Position numbers and translations under genes: made by a program. DNA of 64,000 bases from Octopus bimaculoides. Lineage: Eukaryota. Shown in pieces: positions 38,125 to 50,562 of this stretch. Below the pieces are notes generated by a model that did no database searches, was not told where the DNA came from, and saw only the letters and a program-made list of their open reading frames with translations. The stretch lies in the NCBI RefSeq assembly GCF_001194135.2, contig NC_069002.1, positions 17,090,949 to 17,154,948 of the forward strand. Reading direction: 5' to 3'. Positions within the stretch are counted from its first letter, which is position 1. The number at the start of each line of letters is the position of its first letter.

Positions 38125-39510
38125 TCATTGTCTAACATCCGCCTTCCATGTGCTAGCATGGGTGGGATGGTTTCACAAGAGCCGGCCAGGCCAAAGCCTG
38201 CATCAAACTTCTGTGACTGTTTTGGCAGGATTTTTATAGCTGAATACCCTTCCTAACACCAACCACTCAGCAGAGTGGACTTAGTGCTTTTCACATGACA
38301 CAAGCACAGGTGTTGTTGGTTTTGGCAAGGTTTTTACAGCTGGATGCCCTTCAGAACACCAACCATTTCACAGTGTGGACTGGGTGCTTTTAAGTGGCAC
38401 CTGCACTGACAGGGTCACCAAGTACTTGCAAGACAAAAAAAGAGAAAAAGCTTTCAAGAGGGGAGGGGGCGTAGGAGGAGGTGATCTTGTGTCAGATGAT
38501 GAAAGGTTATAGTGAGACACAGAGACAGAAACAAGTGCCTTGCTGTAGAGGAAGTAGTACAAAGTTACCCGGCCAGAGAGCAGGAGATCAGGAATGGAGA
38601 CAGAAACAGGTGTGCTACTGCAAAGGAAATACATGGTTACCCAACCTGAGGGAAGTGCAAGAGAAGGAGAGAGAGAATAGGAGAGAGACAGCAGGATAAA
38701 GATGGTGGCAAAATGCCAGAGATACTCACAAGGGACGGGGGATCAGAATATAAATGGGATGGTTGAGTAAAGGAAGAGAGAGATATAGATGGTGGCAAGT
38801 GCCAGGGCATACTCTTGTGGCAGGATATTGCAAAGGAAGTGTGATTAAAGAGTGTGGAGGGGGGAGTGAGTGGCAAAAACCTGGGCATATATATATATAG
38901 ACGGAGGAGCTACTGGATAGCAATGATACAGAAGAACAGGGGCTTGAGGACAGTGAGAGCTAGGCATAGCGTATGAAGGAGGAAATGTGAGCCAGAGATG
39001 TGGAGATGTAGATTGGTTTGTTGGGAAATTTTTTCTTGTTACGTGTGGGTGGAACACATGGGTCAGGGGCTAACAGAGAGAATGATGCAGTGGCACAAGG
39101 CCAACAAGACAGGATTGGAGAGTGGGAGGTAAGTCTAGTGCATGAAGTGGAAATGTGAGGAAGAGAAGAGATTTAGAGATGTAGTTTGGTTTGTTGTGTT
39201 AGAATGTGTGAGAAGTTTTCTTATTAAGTTTTGGTGAGAGAATCAGCACTTCTAGAACTCAGTTTTGCTGATGTGGGCAGCTCTTCTCTAGAACTTCATA
39301 TCGCCAGACATCTTGGTCCTTTGTCATATCCACTATGAGGCCCAACATCCTGAGATTGGTCCTTACCACTTCATCCCACATCTTCTTGGGTCTCCTTCTT
39401 TTGTGGGTATCATCCACTCCCAGTGATTGGCACTACTTTATGCAGCTGTCCTCATTCATACATATCACATATCCAAACCAATGTAGTCTTCTCTCTCGCA
39501 GACTTAGACA
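38125..39510 (-). mobile_element. RTE-clade LINE 3' fragment and associated tail-type repeats
   Basis: 39270-39510 reads RERRLHWFGYV...RRRPKKMWDEVVRTNLRMLGL; 38125-38430 is the (gat)n-ending tail repeat. Similar composites at 12545-12960 and 58040-59230. Confidence 0.7.
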
Positions 39511-40300
39511 TGTTTTCTGTTATTTTGTTCTAAACCAGTCGTATTTAATGATCTTTCTGCAATCAGAGAGGATGAAGATCTTACTTTTCTTGATTCCGTT
39601 CTCTTTTTTTTCCCATTCCATTTTTTTGCACCAACCTTCTTCATGTTTTTTCTTATTTTCTTACTGTCCAGCATCCTTGTTTTTAAAATATATATATATA
39701 ATGCATAAACAGGGCCCGAAAGTTTGCTTTTAGATACATGGCATATTTTATAAGCATTCCTGTTCAAGTATCATGAAACAATTAGTAGCTCTTTNNNNNN
39801 NNNNNNNNNNNNNNNNNNNNNNNNNNNNNNNNNNNNNNNNNNNNNNNNNNNNNNNNNNNNNNNNNNNNNNNNNNNNNNNNNNNNNNNNNNNNNNNNNNNN
39901 NNNNNNNNNNNNNNNNNNNNNNNNNNNNNNNNNNNNNNNNNNNNNNNNNNNNNNNNNNNNNNNNNNNNNNNNNNNNNNNNNNNNNNNNNNNNNNNNNNNN
40001 NNNNNNNNNNNNNNNNNNNNNNNNNNNNNNNNNNNNNNNNNNNNNNNNNNNNNNNNNNNNNNNNNNNNNNNNNNNNNNNNNNNNNNNNNNNNNNNNNNNN
40101 NNNNNNNNNNNNNNNNNNNNNNNNNNNNNNNNNNNNNNNNNNNNNNNNNNNNNNNNNNNNNNNNNNNNNNNNNNNNNNNNNNNNNNNNNNNNNNNNNNNN
40201 NNNNNNNNNNNNNNNNNNNNNNNNNNNNNNNNNNNNNNNNNNNNNNNNNNNNNNNNNNNNNNNNNNNNNNNNNNNNNNNNNNNNNNNNNNNNNNNNNNNN

Positions 40301-40340
<40 letters not shown>

Positions 40341-40378
40341 ACAGTAACAAATTGTTGTTTTCTGTACTTTGTTTCCAG

Positions 40379-40593
40379 TTCTCAGTGAACTTGATGTGGA
40401 ATACATAGAAACTGTTTTGCTATCATGGCATGCTGAGTTTGGTGAAGACGAAGATGAAGATGAACTAAGATTAAAGCACTTGCAACCTTACTGGGAAGTC
40501 CTGCAAGACTTACATGATGACGATCTATTGCTTAATGCTGGAGTCTCTGACTTAGACAGAGATCTGTTGGAAGAATTATATGAGTGGGCAAAG
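40379..40593 (+). CDS. GCLM: GCLM exon 5
   Basis: tttccag|(V)LSELDVEYIETVLLS...LKHLQPYWEVLQDL...GVSDLDRDLLEELYEWAK|gttagt; 215 nt, phase 1/0. Confidence 0.95.
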
Positions 40594-41049
40594 GTTAGTG
40601 TTTGAACATGAGCAAAACTTGTTAACATTTTAATAGTCCAGGCATGACTCAGTGGTTAAGAAATTTGCTTCCCAACTATATGGTTTCTGATTCAATTCCA
40701 CTGCATGTTCCCTTGGGCAAGCATGTGTGTGTATGCTTGTATCTTATTTTGACATCATATGGTAGTTGTAGATGAGTGTCACTGCCAAACAAGCAGTGTC
40801 GTTCATTTTCAGTAATCTGCAAACAATGAGTCTGGTCATGGGGGAATATTCCCTTGCTTGGAAACAGATAAGGATTAGTAACAGGAAGGGCATCTGGCCG
40901 TAGAAAATTTGCTTCAATAATCTCTGTCCAACCCATGCATGAGTGGAAAAGTAGACATTAAAACAATAATGATGATGCTGTTGTGATGTTTGCAGTGAAA
41001 ACGTCTGTATTACATTAGCACAATAACTGCCAGATGACTTACAGACTAC

Positions 41050-41660
41050 GACTAACAAACCTTACTACTAACAGAAATTTTATTATGGGCCCAGAGTAAG
41101 ATATATTACTCTGCGTGGGGCCAACAATGTGTTCCACTTTGTATTACACAGTTGGAAGATATGTTTTTTTGCCATTTTATAATACATAATACTTCATCAA
41201 GACTTGACAAAGTGGACCCCTTCAAGTACTTAGGATCCACTTTAACCAAGGATGGCAGATCTGAAAAGAAGATAACAAGACTCAGTTTAGCTTCTGCTGC
41301 TATGACAAAGCTGAACACCATATGGAAAAGCAATCTCATTACTTTTCCAGTAATACTCATAGTGTACAAGTCCCTGATGGGATGTCCTTCTGGATGGATG
41401 CAAGAATTGGACTCTTACAGCTAACATGGAGCAAAGAATCTAGGCATTTGAGCACAAGTGCTTCAGAAGGCTGTTACAAATCCAATATACAGAACACAAA
41501 ATGAACAGCTTTGTCAGGCAGCAAGTCAACAAATATACTCTCAGACAGGAACCACTTCTTGCACAGGTGAAAAGACAAGATACATTGAGGCAGATTTCCA
41601 ATAACCAGATGCTCTAGCTGTTGCCAACCCTCCCCTGTATTCAAGCAAGGCGATATTTTT
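41050..41660 (+). mobile_element. RTE-clade LINE RT C-terminal fragment
   Basis: VDPFKYLGSTLTKDGRSEK..RLSLASAAMTKLNTIWKSN with frameshifts. Confidence 0.8.
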
Positions 41661-41773
41661 CCTTAGTCCAGGCAATTTTTCATGGGAGATTATATAAAGA
41701 AAAAGATACCATTTATATGATGGTGACATTGTTGACAATAAGTAATGTCAAATAGACATGAATACATACACAC

Positions 41774-41808
<35 letters not shown>

Positions 41809-41823
41809 NNNNNNNNNNCACAC

Positions 41824-41866
<43 letters not shown>

Positions 41867-42733
41867 AGCATCTTTTCAGTTTCTCTTTACTAAATTCACT
41901 AATATGGCTTTGGTTCACATGAGCTATAGTAGAAGATACCATAGAGTGGGACTGAATCTGAAACCATGAGACTGCAAAGCAAAGTTTTTACCTACACAGC
42001 CATGCTATGTTAATATATATTGTATATATGTGTATCTTTGGAAACCATTGGGACAGTAAGAGAATATGTTAGTCAGGGCAGAATGGGTAGTACTCTTAGC
42101 CTATGTAGGCTCTCCCAGACCAGTGAGACTGATGACTGACGAACCTGGTAACTGATGAAAGCAATGATTGGCAAGACTGATGACCAGTTTGGATTAGATT
42201 AGAAGGAGAAAGAGGATTCAGTGTTTCCTCCTCCTCCTCCTCCTCTCATGTCTTTGCACAACCAACAGATGTGACCTTCTATATTACATACTGCTAGAAA
42301 TAATAGCTAATTCTTCCTCAACCCTTACACTAGCATCGTAAAAAAGAAGGAAAAGACACGATGTAGGAAATATTTAATGGCTCTTTGTAGATGTTTTTTG
42401 GGAGAGTGGAACCATGTAAGTTGTAGGTATGTTTAAATTTGTGTGTGCGTGAGTGCATGCATGTGTAGGTGTGTATAGGTAAGTATAAATATGTATGCCT
42501 CTGTGTGTAGGTTTGTACAAATGTGTGTGTGTCTATGTATGTGTAAATATATGTAAGCCAGTGTGTGTTTCTATAAACCTGTGTAAATGTGTATGCCCAT
42601 GTGTGTGTGTGTGTAAATATGCATGCCAGTGAATTTATGTGTATGTAGGTATGTGTGAAAGTATGTGTATACTTTTTGTGTTTGTGTGTGTGTATTATTC
42701 ACTTGGGTTTCTTTTCCATTTCACTTCTGGCAG

Positions 42734-42848
42734 GTAAAACCCTGTATAAACCAAGTGAACTTAGCAAGCTGCTGTACCATGCCTCCTGAGTTGATTGAAT
42801 ATGCCAAGGCTACAGACATACAGTTACTTACCCACAATGACCCTAAAG
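42734..42848 (+). CDS. GCLM: GCLM exon 6
   Basis: ggcag|VKPCINQVNLASCCTMPPELIEYAKATDIQLLTHNDPK|gtattc; 115 nt, phase 0/1; most conserved GCLM motif. Confidence 0.97.
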
Positions 42849-43199
42849 GTATTCATCTTGCTTTTCTTTTATTATATTCTTGTACTTGTTACAACCTTTG
42901 GGCTGCAGCTATGCTGGGACACCTACCTTCAGATAGTTTAGTTAAGTGATTTTAAAAATCTCAGAAGTGCAATTTAGAAGACTTCAGCTGACCAACTTGG
43001 CAAGAAAGAGCATCGTGATGCTGAACAAGAATACAGACAACATAGAACAGAGGAGAATAGCAGAAGACACAATAGGTCATCTAACCATCTCAAGCAAGTA
43101 ACAAAAAAAAAAAAGGCAGTGCTTGAATTTGAACAACATCATCATCATCATCATCGTTTAACGTCCGCTTTCCATGCTAGCATGGGTTGGACGATATAG

Positions 43200-43830
43200 C
43201 AACCAACCCTGACAACAAAGTGTTCTGGAAATATTGTACTTTCGAAGCAGAGACCTCATTTTCCAGTTGACCCTCTTTGCAATCCCCACACAAGTCGGAT
43301 TACTGATGATCCCAAAGAATGCACAGAACTTATTGCTGACTACTATGCTGGCATTTTTACTGTTGATAATCCAAATGTAGCATCTTCACCACCTCTGTAA
43401 CATTTGTAAAATTTGCACCTACAACTGTGACACCACCTCAGGAATAAACGCAATTATGCCTCTCCTGGTTTTGATGGCATTACTTATCTGTTTCTCAAAC
43501 GTGGTGGGTTCTTTCATTTACACCAGCTTTCATTCTTTTTTCAATTCTGCCTTCAGAGCAGTGGAAAATTGCCAGCATCATTCTCATATTCAAAAAGGGT
43601 GATCACACCTCACCTGTCGACTATCATCCAGTCAGTCTTACTAGCTGCATCGCCAGACTGATGGAGTCCTATGTCAGAGAAACACTCTGGAACTTCTGGA
43701 GTTCTCACAGCCATATTCAGCCCTCACAATTTGGATTTATCCCTGACTCCAGCTGCTGTAGCCAACTCATCTAGTTTCTTGAAGAAACTACCGTCACTAC
43801 CACTCTGTAATGGGACATAGCTCATACTAT
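43200..43830 (+). mobile_element. Degenerate CR1/L2-like LINE RT fragment
   Basis: SPGFDGITYLFLK...WKIASIILIFKKGDH...DYHPVSLTSCIARLME...QFGFIPDSSC. Confidence 0.75.
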
Positions 43831-44372
43831 AAACTCATTCTTTATGAACAAGCTGATTTATTGGCAATTCTTTGCTGGCATACACACATACACATATAAC
43901 CAAGGAGGAATTAGATAATCTAGGCTCTTACCTCAGGTAGCATTCACAGGATCAGCAGCTTGAAGTGTATGATGGAAAATTTTCTCCTGTGGAAACTTAG
44001 GTTTCAAATTAACAGAAAATCTATTGTTTGCTTATTGCAGAGTATAAACAAATGTGAAGAATGCTGTGTGACATTATATTTATTCCATGGTTTTCATTTG
44101 TTTCAACAACAAGCAGACACTGGAGCATGATGTAATCCTCAAATCCATCAGATCCTAACAAACTGTCTAACCCATGTTAGCATGGAAGATGGACATTAAA
44201 AAAATGATGATTTTGGTAGTGATAGTTGTGGTGGCTGCTGCTGTTTGTGTGTCTGTCTGTCACTGTGCATGTCAACAAAGTCTACAAAAAGAAGAATATG
44301 TATTTAAGTTAACTTGTAAATTTGTCAGTATTTTTCTACCTTTTCTTTTTTCTCTTCATTTCTCTCTGGAAG

Positions 44373-44569
44373 CCATGTTTCCTGATGCAACACTTCAAGA
44401 AATCATCCGAAGCTATACCACCCAGATGGATTCTGAGAACTGGTCAATGGAATGGGCTGTGTGTTATTCTGTTGTTGTTAAGTGCCGAGGTGTTATCAAA
44501 GCTAAAGGAAACATGATCACAGCAAACAGGCCCACTCAGAATTCTCTAAAGATAGCCAAGAGTGATTGA
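44373..44569 (+). CDS. GCLM: GCLM exon 7 (terminal); full CDS 849 nt, 282 aa
   Basis: ctggaag|(A)MFPDATLQEII...WSMEWAVCYSVVVKCRGVIKAKG...SD*; matches the RYSVIVKSRGIIKSKG motif; phases close over all 7 exons. Confidence 0.93.
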
Positions 44570-45941
44570 TTGATTGATAACAGATCAAAATATTCGCTAA
44601 CAATCAAAGTAAAGTTAGAGAAATTACAATTTATTTGTTGGCTAATTTTTGTTGGTAAATAGAAAGTGTGTGGATGATTGCTGGAGTAAAGGTGGACAAA
44701 TTGTTCAAAATGTGTTGTTTTTTTTTATATATATATTTAGTATATGACTGTGACTAGGACAGAATTTGTTGGGTTATTGTTGTTTTTATTATTATGAAGG
44801 TGTTGGAATAGCAGAATCATTAGTGTCACAGTGTCAGAACATATATATTGCAGTGTTTGTTCCAACACTTCATATTCAGAGTTCAGATCCCTTAGAGGTT
44901 AACTTTCCCTTTCATCACACTGGGGACTGGTAAAAATAAAGTACCAGGCAAGTATTGGGTGTTGAATCAACAAAACCATATCCCCCCCCCCAAAAAAAAA
45001 ATCACAATTCAGAAACAATTATTCTGAAGGTGGTAGTAACAAAATTGTTAAAGCACCAGATCAAATGCCTTCAGGATTTTACATTCCCAGTTCAAATCCC
45101 ATTGAGATCAGATTTGTCTTTCTGGGGAGGGAGGGTGGAGTCGATAAAATAAAAGTACCGGTCAGTTACAGGTCAATTTTATCAACTAACCCCTGTATCC
45201 CTGAAATTTTGGGCCTTGTACCTATCTTTTACTTGTTTCATTTCAGTCATTAGACTGCATTTATGCTGCGGCACAGCCTTGAGGAATTTTTAGTTGAGTG
45301 AATTGACCCCAGGACTTATTATTTTCTAAGCCTGGTTCTTTTGCTGAACTGCTAAGTTACAAGGTCATAAACACTAACATTAGTTGCAAAGCAGTGGTGA
45401 GGGACAAACACAAACATATATATTTGTGTATGTGTATGTATATATTTATGATGAGCTTCTTTCAGTTTCCGTCTACCAAATCTACTCACAAGGCCTTGGT
45501 CAGCCTGAGGCTATAGTAGAATACACTTGCCCAAGGTGCCACACAGTAGGACTGAACCCGGAACCATGTAAGCAAGCTTCTTATCACACAGCCATGCCTG
45601 CACCTATTATTGGAAATTATTAAAAAATGGTGCATTGACAGAAGCATTAGAGCACAGGATTTTATTTTAAATGTCTTAAAATATTGAGTTGTGGGTCTTT
45701 ATGTTCCAAGTTCAAATCCTGCTATGGTTAGCTTTGCCTTTCATTCTTCCAGGGTTGATGAAAATAAAGTATCAACCAAATACTGGAGTTGAGGTAATCA
45801 ACTAGCCTCTCCTCAAAATTACTAGCTTTGGGCCTAGATTAGAAACAATTATTATTTTTATTACTATTATTTAGTCATGATTTTTTTTTGTTCTGGATTC
45901 AAATCCCACCAAGGTCAACTTTGCCTTTCATCCTTCTAAGG

Positions 45942-46245
45942 TTATAGTTCTCAACCATTTTTTTACCTATGGGCCCTTTTGTTTACTATTTTATTCTGGT
46001 GGAACCCCATTGCCATTCAATGTTTATTAACTAATTTTATAGATACTTTTTCAAAATTCTTATTTTGTTATTCACATATTCACTTGTATAGGTTGAACAA
46101 GGTAAAACGTTAGAGAAAAGAAATGTAGCTGTTTCTTGCAATACATACATTTAACTCAAAACTTTTCAGTGGATCCCCAATTTACGATTTTGCTAGCATG
46201 GGCCCCACCCCAAAATCTTATATGAACTCTTGTTGAGAACCACTG
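45942..46245. mobile_element. hAT-type MITE nested in a family-2 SINE
   Basis: Ends ...agttctcaacc / gttgagaaccactg (CAGTGGTTCTCAAC-type TIR) and splits a SINE body; related 5' fragment at about 5680-5830. Confidence 0.65.
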
Positions 46246-49200
46246 TTCTTTCTTAAGGGTTGATAAAGTAAAGCTCCAATCAAAAACTGGAGTTGGTTAA
46301 ATAAGCAAGTACCCTGTCCCACCTCATTTCTGGCTTTGTGCCTATATTGTTATTGTTTACAATAAATTTACAATTTGATGAAATTGTATCTGTTGAAAGA
46401 CCAAATTCAGTGTAAATGAAATAGTTGTCTAATATGATACTGCTGTTGTTATTTAAGTGTTTATTTTCATTATCGTTATAATAATAACAATAAACATGCT
46501 TTGCTTGTTATTATGGTTGTTGGCAAAATGATGTATGCATAGTGAATGGGTTTTTATGTGCAGAAATATGTACATTTTGTGAGCATGGTTCACAATTAAG
46601 TGAATATTTTCTGTTAAGAGATTAAAAAAAAAATTAGTATTGATTGATAAAATTTATATTTTGAATTTTATAAAATTATATTTTAGAAAAAAAAGTTTTT
46701 TTTGTTGTTTTTTTTTCACTTTCTATTTTGTCTTTCAGCCAACTTTGGGTGTTTTTTTTTCTTTGTGCAATTTTTTTTTCTTTGTTTTTTCTTTACCATT
46801 TATTGTTGGTGCCAGGTGCAACAAGGATATTTTCAATTTCTGAAAGAGGAAGGGTCACCTCATAATTTTAGGGTGCTGTGCAAGAGTATTTTGGAGAAAG
46901 GTGCTCCCTGAAGTACTTATGGGCTTTTACAGGCCTCTTTTTTCTCACATAGGCTCTGGTTGGAATAGAAAAAGCCGTGCTTGTGACGTTTTTATTTCTT
47001 AGTGTATTCCATCCCTATGATATAAAATTGAGATGAATGAAGTTAGAGAAGAAAAGGTTTTGTTTAAATTGTTATTTAGCCCTGGAACATCCTTGATTCC
47101 GCAGTCCTATCATCATCCCACCTTTGTTAACAATATAATGTATCTAGGCCTATATCCTAGATCCACAAATTTCTGTCACATTTTAAGATGATAAAGTGCA
47201 ATTTGAAGGAGTTTGGCTGCCATTTCTAGCAGGTCAAGTGACAACGTCATACCCATCATCATCATCATCGTTTAACGTCCGCTTTCCATGCTAGCATGGG
47301 TTGGACGATTTGACTGAGGACTGGTGAAACCGGATGGCAACATCAGGCTCCAATCTAAATTTGGCAGAATTTCTACAGCTGGATGCCCTTCCTGACGCCA
47401 ACCACTCAGAGAGTGTACCCATACTAAAGAAAAAAGGTAAAACCAAAAGTGAAAAGGAAGTTTCAGAAGGCTGTTGGATCTGAGGAATAAGATTTGAACA
47501 TGTTTAGGAAGCAAATGTTTAGTAATGATTCTATTTAACCATTTCCTTGTCTTGCTAATATTTCTTGTATACTATTCAATTTCCTGTCGATTAACAATAT
47601 GCGGGGATCATGGCCACCTGAAACATGCGAATGACAGGATGAAAGTCTGGAGTCTATGGCAGTGGATTCTATATTAGTAGAATCATTAGAAGACAATTAT
47701 TTTTCACCTATTCTGGGCTAATAAAGTACTAGTCAAGTACTGATATATAATCAACTGTTAGCTGGAACACATAACCTAGTTGTTGGGTAAAGGTCTAGTT
47801 ACCAATTGACATATGTCTAGGTACATCTACAGGCACATCCAAAAGGATGCACCACATAACAATCAACACTATATCTGAACACTAACATTGCATTTGGACA
47901 TCCAGCCATTAGAAACCATGCCAGCACAGAAGACTGATGTTAAAAGATGATGACAATTACCATATAAGGTATTAATATTTACCAACAGTAATTCAGTCGA
48001 TGTTACCAAATACAGTAATGCTGTTTGTCAGATATATTGCCTTTAAAACTTAAACATACAGGTTCAAATTTTGATGAAGACCATCTACTATAAAAATCCT
48101 CTCACTAACTTAGCACTTTTTCATTGGTAAGGACACTGTAAATAGTACCATGGTTATCTTACTCCCTCTCTGTATGTGTACAAAAGCGTATATACTACCA
48201 AGTATTTCATTAGCTGTCAGTGATAGACTTATTTACTAAATTTTCAACTCTAAAATATCAGTTTCTTCTTCTTTTTTTTTTCTTTTTTTTTTTTTTTTTT
48301 TTTTTTTTTTGGTGGGGTGGGGGGGTACTTTGTATACAAAGTACACCAGTAATTATATATATTTTATCTCTGGTGCACCATGAAGTAAAATTATGGCTAA
48401 CTTCATGTTTTGAAGTGATCAAAATTAAAATCCTCCTGCAAAATTTCATGTTATGTTCAAAAGAGATTAATAACTACAATGTTATCTCACTAAACTTTTC
48501 GTTATTTTAAAAATTAAATAGTATATTACAAGTCAGAGTCTAAAAAAGTATAAAATGATGCAGTAAGCTACATTAATTTAACAAATTGTGTTCACAGTTA
48601 TCAAGAAAATCTGATAGATATCCTAGACTGGTGTTTGATCTAGCAGTATCCTAAAGGCGAGGACATTATTCTGTGTGCTTCAACTTAGCTGTTGAAATGA
48701 TGTACAGGTTTCAGTTGCATTATGGAACCAGACAAATCTTGCCTTATTGCGTTGTTCCATAAAATGAAACCTATTTTCTGGTATATATGGAAGTTCATGA
48801 AGATGACATAAGTAAAAGAATATGTTTTGCATTATGGAATTCCACATTATGACAAGATTTTCAGGAACACAGTGCTTCTGTAATCTGTGGGTTTCCATTT
48901 TAGATTTTCTCTCAAAATGAAAAACCATTAGAATTGGCCCGCTTTTTCTTGAATGATTCATCTAATCCTTTACTTGTTTCACCAATTTCTTCTACATTCA
49001 GAGATGAGAACTCCAGTGTTGCAGTGTGGTTGCATGAGCTGCTAGAAGTAGCTGTCAGATCTCCCATCTCATCACATCTTACAATTTACAAAACAAGAAC
49101 AACACATTAAACAATGCAGCCCAACAAAAATTGTGCCTGAATTAAAAATGGGACAGCCATGGCTGGAATATCTTTGAGCATAAATCAAAAGTAATCATTT

Positions 49201-49841
49201 GTTGGTGGACTTAATCATTGCTAGATTGAATGTCATCACCTAGTTTCTGGAGACCTTCATGCTGTGTAACTAGAGAATATCAAATTGACAGAATTCATTC
49301 TTCTAGAAATTAAATCCACAGGAAGAGATAAAACCCTGGTTTCTTCAAAATCTTGCAAAATACTTAATTTGACAATGCTTCCAATGCTACTTTTGGAAGT
49401 GAATTTTACCATTTTACATTACCTACCTACCCTAAATACAAATAAGGAGAACTGGGCTTTTAAGAGCCCTTGGCCACCAATATAAATTCTCCAATATATT
49501 TTAAATTAAAAATTAAATAAAATTTCAGACCAAATATGTTAACATTTTCCAATTTAATTCCCACACAAACACACACACAAGTTTCAATGTATCATCATCA
49601 TTATAATGTCTGCTTCTCCATGCTTCTATGAATTCAATGGGATTCATTGAGACAAAGTTTCTATGGCTGGATGACTTTCAAATGGTTAACTCTCACCTGT
49701 TTCCAAGCAAGGTAATAATTCCTCCATGATCAGACATGTTTTCACAGAAGACTGGATATGAAAGAGACCACTTGTATGACAATGTTGTTTACAACAGTCA
49801 TGTGTCATCAGGAAAAGGGTACACACGCATATGTCTGTGAT

Positions 49842-50165
49842 TTAAAAATCATAACATTTCTTCAAGATGTCTTCTACAATGTTCATATCCATTTTTGTCA
49901 CAATCCGAACATTACTTGACTTGCCTGTTATGTTTCTCCAATCTGGTACCATTTGACCTCTGGTTATAGATCCATTCAGTTCTACTTCTGCATAAAGTTC
50001 CACACTGTCTAACACACACTGATCATTAATGATAGCAGCCACAGCGAATTCATCACACATTATATATCTTTTGTGTTCCTTTATCCGATTCATTGTACTT
50101 TTGAAGATTGTTTGTATAAAGGCAGTTTTCTTGCCAGGATGTGATAGCAGATTCTCAAGAAAAGA
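49842..50165 (-). CDS. Nucleoside hydrolase duplicated terminal exon, distal copy A
   Basis: ttttcag|SFLENLLSHPGKK...YIMCDEFAVAA...VELNGSITRGQMVPDW...KCYDF*; 324 nt, phase 0, intact; ATTAAA signal at 49553-49558. Confidence 0.7.
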   Translation of the reverse strand, partial: SFLENLLSHPGKKTAFIQTIFKSTMNRIKEHKRYIMCDEFAVAAIINDQCVLDSVELYAEVELNGSITRGQMVPDWRNITGKSSNVRIVTKMDMNIVEDILKKCYDF

Positions 50166-50562
50166 CTGAAAAAAAAAATTCAAAAGAGATAACAGAAATG
50201 AGCTTCTTGCATGAAGTGCACTACAAGTGGTCAGGAAAGGGTAAAAGAGAGGACAGAAAGCAGCCATAAGTCAAAGAAAGACAGCAATGAAAGTAACAAA
50301 TATATACTTTGTACACAATATACAACACAAAAAGACTGAAAAATAAACAGTAAAAGAGCCAAAAAAGGGAAGGGTATACAGGTATGTCAGGAGTAGTGTT
50401 GGTGAATTTTGGGAAGCATGAAATCTTGGAAGGCTGTGTAGTGTCCTGACAGCAAACAACTGACATAAGGAGTCTGTTTTTGTTTTTTTTTTAATTGTGA
50501 GTGTATAGAAATTTTTTCATAAGTCATAAATACTGAAATGATTTTCAACTTTTTTCTATATA

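Noticed and set aside
44174-44372. ORF start upstream of GCLM exon 7
   Set aside because: Intronic repeat sequence; homology begins at the acceptor at 44373.
50380-50460. Peptide PSKISCFPKFTNTTPD recurring at about 50400, 54640 and 56800 as a possible extra hydrolase exon
   Set aside because: No hydrolase motif and no consistent splice sites; surrounding sequence resembles 27540-27700, so it is a dispersed repeat.
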